DNA from: Parvularia atlantis
Taxonomy: Eukaryota
DNA length: 39,384 bases
Reading direction: 5' to 3'
Assembly (NCBI GenBank): GCA_943704415.1
Contig: CALSCO010000688.1
Span: 1 to 39,384 of the forward strand
Positions 34,563-39,384 of this stretch are shown piece by piece (the stretch's first letter is position 1; each line of letters starts with the position of its first letter). The notes below the pieces were generated by a model, which saw nothing but the letters and a program-made list of their open reading frames with translations, did not search any database and was not told where the DNA came from. A program made the position numbers and the translations under genes.

Positions 34563-37500
34563 ATGGCGCGTCGAGTGTCGAGCGGCGTCGCGGCGTCGCT
34601 CGAGCCGCCCGCGGCGCTCGTGGAGCAGGTCGCGCTCGAGGTCAGCCGCGCGCTCAACCTGCCGGGCAACCCGAACCACCTGCTGGCCAAGAAGGTCATC
34701 CACGCGGCGCGCGCCGCGTCGGTCGCCGCACAGTTTGTCGAGGGTGCGCCAGACGCGCGCGCACGGACCGCTCTTGCCAGCAGCGTGACCGTCTTGCGCG
34801 CGCCCGCAGCCTGCGCCGCGTACGGCAAGCTGCGCCACGACTTCCTCGAGGTGCTCTACGTCAAGATCACCAGCTACGAGGAGGAGGCCGCGCCCGCGCC
34901 CGGCCTGCAGCCCGTGCCGGCCGCGAGCACGCCGTTCACCGGGCCGACCGGCTTTGGTGCTCACGAGCGCCTCGAGGCGCCGCAGCTGCGCGGCGGGCTC
35001 TTCCTGCCGCACAGCAGCAGCGGCGCCCCCCACGTGCACGACGGCGGCGCACCGGTCGCGCCGGCCGACGAGACGAGCAGCGTCAGCAGCAACGGCACCG
35101 ACCCGGCCAACGAGCACCGCTCGCTCCTCGGTCTCGACGCCCTCGCCGAGCGCAAGCGCCAGGAGCAGGCCGAGCGCGAGCGGGCCAAGCGCGAGGCCGA
35201 CGGCGAGCGCGAGGTGCCGGGCGGCAAGCGCGCACGTGCCGGCGAGCGTGACGGCGAGCGCGACCGCGAGCGTGGCCGCGACCACGACACGTTCCGCGAG
35301 CACGAGCGGGACCGCGACCGCGGCCGCGAGCACGATCGCTTCCGCGAGCGCGAGCGTGACCGCAACCGCGAGCGAGAGCGTGAGCCGTACCGCGAGCGCG
35401 ATTCGCGCGAGCGCGACCAAACGCCCGCACCGACTCACAACGGTTCGCGTGCGCCGTTGTGCCGCGCCGTGTCGTACGAGCTGACGTGCAGACGTACAGA
35501 GTTCAAACGACCGCTGAGTCGCGAGGCGATGGCGACCGACAAGCGGCTGCGCGACCGCGAGGTCGTCCGGCGCAGCGAGTGGGAGGAGACGCCGCGCGAG
35601 CGCGCGAGGCTGGGCACGCCGAGCCGGCCGGGCTCTAGCACCGGCAGCGCCACGGGCTCGTTCTCGACCTGGTCGGGCAACGTCACACCGTCGCTGCAGT
35701 TTGAGCGCGACGACACGGTCAAAAAGGCCCCGGTCGGGTGGGAGAACGCGACGCCGCGCATCTCGTCGTCCTACGGCGATTTTGGCCCGGTGAGCACACG
35801 CACGCACACACAAGCGCGTCACGCCTGACCGCGCGTGCGCCGCAGGGCCTGACGGACGAGGACGCCGTGCACGGCAGCTGGAACGACCCCGACATGGTCA
35901 AGGAGCGCGATGCGCTGGGGCGGCCAGCAGGTGCGCCGCGCGCTTCGGACGGCTGCGCGCGCAGCTCATACACTCTCCGGGGCCAACAGCATCTGCGGTA
36001 CCCGCGGGCCAGCGCCTCGGCTGGCAAAAGGGCCTCGACAAGCGCATGTGGGAGGAGGAGCAGCTCAAGCTCGAGCGCGAGTGGTACAGCGACCGCGAGG
36101 AGGAGACGGTGCGCGAGGCGGCGCTTCGTGCGGCGGGGCTGATCGGTCGCCGCGCGCTCCAGGTCGTCGACGAGGCGCACAATCCGTTCGCCGAGCACGA
36201 CGAGTACTTTGCGCGCAAGGAGCAGGAGCTGGCCAAGCGGCAGATCGTGCGCGCGTGTTGTGCGATGGCACGCGCACCAGCTGAGCCGCACGTGCACCGT
36301 GCGCCCTGTAGAAGAAGCTGTCGATGCGCCAGCAGCAGCTCAACCGGGACAACGAGGCGTGGGAAACAAGCCGCATGCTCGTCTCGGGCGTGGTGCAGCG
36401 CACGAGCGTCGACACGGACTTTGAGACAGAGGAGGAGGTGCACCGGCACTGTGTGTCGCATCTGCCGCTGACAGACAGCACGTGTGCCGGCGCACAGGTC
36501 CGTGTGCACCTGCTCGTGCACGACCTCAAGCCGCCATTCCTCGACGGGCGCATCGTGTACACGCAGCAGCTCGACCCGGTTATCCCGATCAAGGTACGCG
36601 CGACGCCGTACAGCGCGCTGATGTCACTGACGAGTCGCGTGCAACACAGGACCCAACGAGCGACATGGCCCTGTTCTCGCGCAAGGGCTCGCAGCTCGTG
36701 CGCGAGAAGCGCGTGCAGCGCGAGCGGTCCAAGGTGCGGACAGCCTGCCTTGCTGTGTGCGCCGCACAGCCTGCCGACACGGCGTGCAGGCCAACGGCAA
36801 GTTCTGGGAGCTCGCCGGCACGCGGCTGGGCGCGCTCATGGGCGTACAAAAGGAGGAGGGCGCGCAGACCAAGGGTGCGTCGCGGCTGCGCGACGGTGCT
36901 GGCGCTGAGCGCGTGCGCCGTGCAGGCGCGGCGCAGGACGAGGCCGAGTACAAGCACGACTCACAGTTCTCGACGCACATGAAGGATAAGAATGAGGCCG
37001 TGTCGTCGTTTGCGCGCTCCAAGACGCTGAAGGAGCAGGTGTGCCGGGCCCAGCTGCGTCGCTGGCACGCGCACTCACGCGGCGCTCGGCGCAGCGCGAG
37101 TACCTCCCGGCGTTTGCGGTGCGCAACGAGCTGCTGCGCATCATCCGCGAGAACCAGGGTGCGGTGCCAGCGCGCATTGCTTGTGCGCGTGGCGTCTGAG
37201 GCGCGATGCGCACCGCAGTCGTCGTCGTCGTGGGCGAGACTGGCTCTGGTGCGTCATAGACGCGCTCGTGCCGTGGCCGGGCGCGGCTCATCCGCGCGTG
37301 CCCTAGGCAAGACGACGCAGCTGACGCAGTACCTGCACGAGGACGGCTACGGGACGTACGGCCTGATCGGGTGCACGCAGCCGCGCCGCGTGGCGGCCAT
37401 GTCGGTCGCCAAGCGCGTGTCGGAGGAGATGGAGGTGCGTTCGCAGACGCGCGGCGGGGCCGGGCAGGCGCGTGACACGTGACGCGTGCACTGCCAGTGC

Positions 37501-39325
37501 AAGCTCGGCGACCTCGTCGGCTACTCGATCCGCTTCGAGGACTGCACGTCCGAGAACACGATCATCAAGTGTACGCCACGCGCTGGCTGACTGCACGCTC
37601 GGGCCTGACCCCGCGTGCGCGCGCCAGACATGACCGACGGCGTGCTCCTGCGTGAGTTCCTGAGCGCCAAGGAGCGCGACCTCGACAAGTACAGCGCGAT
37701 CATCATGGACGAGGCGCACGAGCGCTCGCTGCACACGGACGTGCTGCTCGGCCTGCTGAAAAAGGGTGCGCGCGCGTGCGGCTGTGCGGTGGCACGCAGC
37801 TGACGCGCGCCGCAGTCATTTCGCGCAGGAGAGACATGAAGCTGATCGTCACGTCGGCCACGATGAACGCGGAGAAGGTGTGCGTTCCCTGGCCGCTGCC
37901 GCCTGCGCATTGCTGAAACGTGCGGCCGCGTGCAGTTTGCCAAGTTCTTTGGCGACGTGCCCGTGTTCACGATCCCCGGGCGCACGTTCCCGGTCGACAT
38001 CCTGTTTTCGAAGAACCCGTGCGAGGACTACGTGGACGCGGCCGTGAAGCAGGCGCGCAGCCGCTGGTCGCGCAGAGGAGGAGGCGCGCTGACGGGCCGA
38101 GCGCACGCCAGGTCTGCGCGATCCACCTGTCGGGGCAGCAGGGCGACATCCTCGTGTTCATGACGGGCCAGGAGGACATTGAGACGACGTGCGAGGTCGT
38201 GGCCGGTGCGACGAGCGTGCCCGCGCGTGGCGTGTGTGCAGCGCGTGCTCAAGCGCCGCGCCAGAACGCCTCGGGCAGCTTGAGGACGCGCCGCCGCTCG
38301 CGATCCTGCCGATCTACTCGCAGCTGCCGGCCGACCTCCAGGCCAAGATCTTCCAGCGCGCGCCCGACAACGCGCGCAAGTGCATCGTCGCGACCAACAT
38401 CGCCGAGACGTCCTTGACGGGTGCGTGCCCCGCGACCACCCCGCACGCGGCGCGGTCTGAGCTGGCGGGCGCGCGCGCAGTCGACGGCATCATGTTTGTC
38501 GTCGACACGGGCTACTACAAGCTCAAGACGTACAACCCCAAGATCGGCATGGATGCGCTGCAGGTGTACCCGATCTCGCAGGCCAACGCCAACCAGCGCG
38601 CCGGGCGTGCGGGCCGCACGGGGCCGGGGTGCGTGCGCGGCGCAGGGCGGCAGCGTGGACGGGTGCTGACAGCCTGCTGCGTGGGCAGGACGTGCTACCG
38701 GCTGTACACCGAGCACGCATACCGGCACGACCTCTTCCCTAACACGATCCCGGAGATCCAGCGCACCAACTTGGCCAACGTCGTGCTGCTGCTCAAGTCG
38801 CTCGGCGTGAAGGACCTGCTGCAGTTTGACTTCCTGGACCCGCCGCCGCAGGTGCGCGCCGTTGCGCGCGGGTGCTCGCTCGCTCACGCGCCCCGACAGG
38901 ACAACATCCTCACGTCGATGTACCAGCTGTGGACGCTCGGGGCGCTCGACAACACGGGCGAACTCACGCCCGTCGGTGCGCACCGACGGGCGACAGCCGT
39001 GTGCGCTAACGCACGCGTGCGGCACGTTGCAGGCCGGCGCATGATCGAGTTCCCGCTCGACCCGTCGCTGTCCAAGATGGTCATCGTGGGCGAGGAGCTC
39101 GGGTGCACGGCCGAGATTGTGGTGCGGCGTGCCGCGCCGTGCTGCCAGCGTGCGGCCGCTCAGACGCGCGACGCAGACGATCGTCTCGTGCCTGTCGGTG
39201 CCGACGATCTTCTACCGCCCGCGCGAGCGCGAGGAGGAGAGCGACAACATGCGCGAGAAGTTCCTCGTGGCCGAGAGCGACCACCTGACGCTGCTGCACG
39301 TCTACCAGCAGTGGAAGGCCAACGG
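34563..39325 (+). CDS. DHX38: Pre-mRNA splicing DEAH helicase Prp16; 3' truncated by window
   Basis: RD/RE-rich N-terminus; [32 protein letters not shown] (Walker A split by an intron after the 30-nt exon 37219-37248); [47 protein letters not shown]. An alternative in-frame ATG lies at 34539. Confidence 0.96.
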
Positions 39326-39384
39326 GTGCGGCGCGGGCTGCTAGCGGCGCGTGACTGAGCGGCGAGGGGGGGGGGGGGGGGGGG

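Noticed and set aside
35230..35420. Imperfect tandem repeats (CGCGAG/CGCGAC) resembling an array
   Set aside because: They encode the RE/RD low-complexity region of Prp16; there is no repeat-spacer structure, so not CRISPR.
22..39325. Introner-like elements, since GTGCGT-starting introns recall Micromonas introners
   Set aside because: Intron interiors show no shared sequence beyond splice signals and low-complexity GC/CA runs.
39366..39384. Poly-G at the window end, G-run at the start and G41 at 6430-6470 as G-quadruplex or telomere-like elements
   Set aside because: Pure homopolymers at contig ends are typical assembly break points or sequencing artefacts, and there is no telomeric repeat unit.

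Overview
Eukaryotic, very GC-rich and extremely compact genomic DNA. It holds about 20 intron-dense protein-coding genes with many 45-80 nt spliceosomal introns (typically GTGCGY...CTRAC/CTCAC...CAG), mostly on alternating strands, often only 27-100 nt apart. The six-frame ORF track is mostly GC shadow ORFs, so gene models were rebuilt by manual splicing and all product calls rest on recalled family motifs, not searches. Gene order: BET-like C-terminus (partial), NARS2, PSMD9, Xaa-Pro aminopeptidase, RAD1, EXOSC4/RRP41, DHHC palmitoyltransferase, 2xRRM NSR1-like, VID27, SLC19-type carrier, an orphan, HPS6-like, TMEM115, USP22, PSMG1, SSB-type Hsp70, a secreted alkaline-phosphatase-superfamily/Vps62 fusion, EMC7, tetraspanin, DHX38/PRP16 (partial). 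Fungal-type SSB alongside animal-type HPS6 and SLC19 suggests a unicellular opisthokont such as a nucleariid (inference). Most notable: (1) a lower-GC, intronless ~0.85 kb insertion bounded by a 9-bp direct repeat, carrying back-to-back decayed fragments of a Crinkler-type NTPase and restriction-endonuclease-fold domain; (2) a candidate box C/D snoRNA in an unusually long 3'UTR intron of PSMD9; (3) 32-35 nt ATG-to-ATG bidirectional gaps and a 33 nt stop-to-start gap; (4) a palindromic TGTACA motif recurring in convergent 3' gaps; (5) at least nine AG|GC-AG introns.
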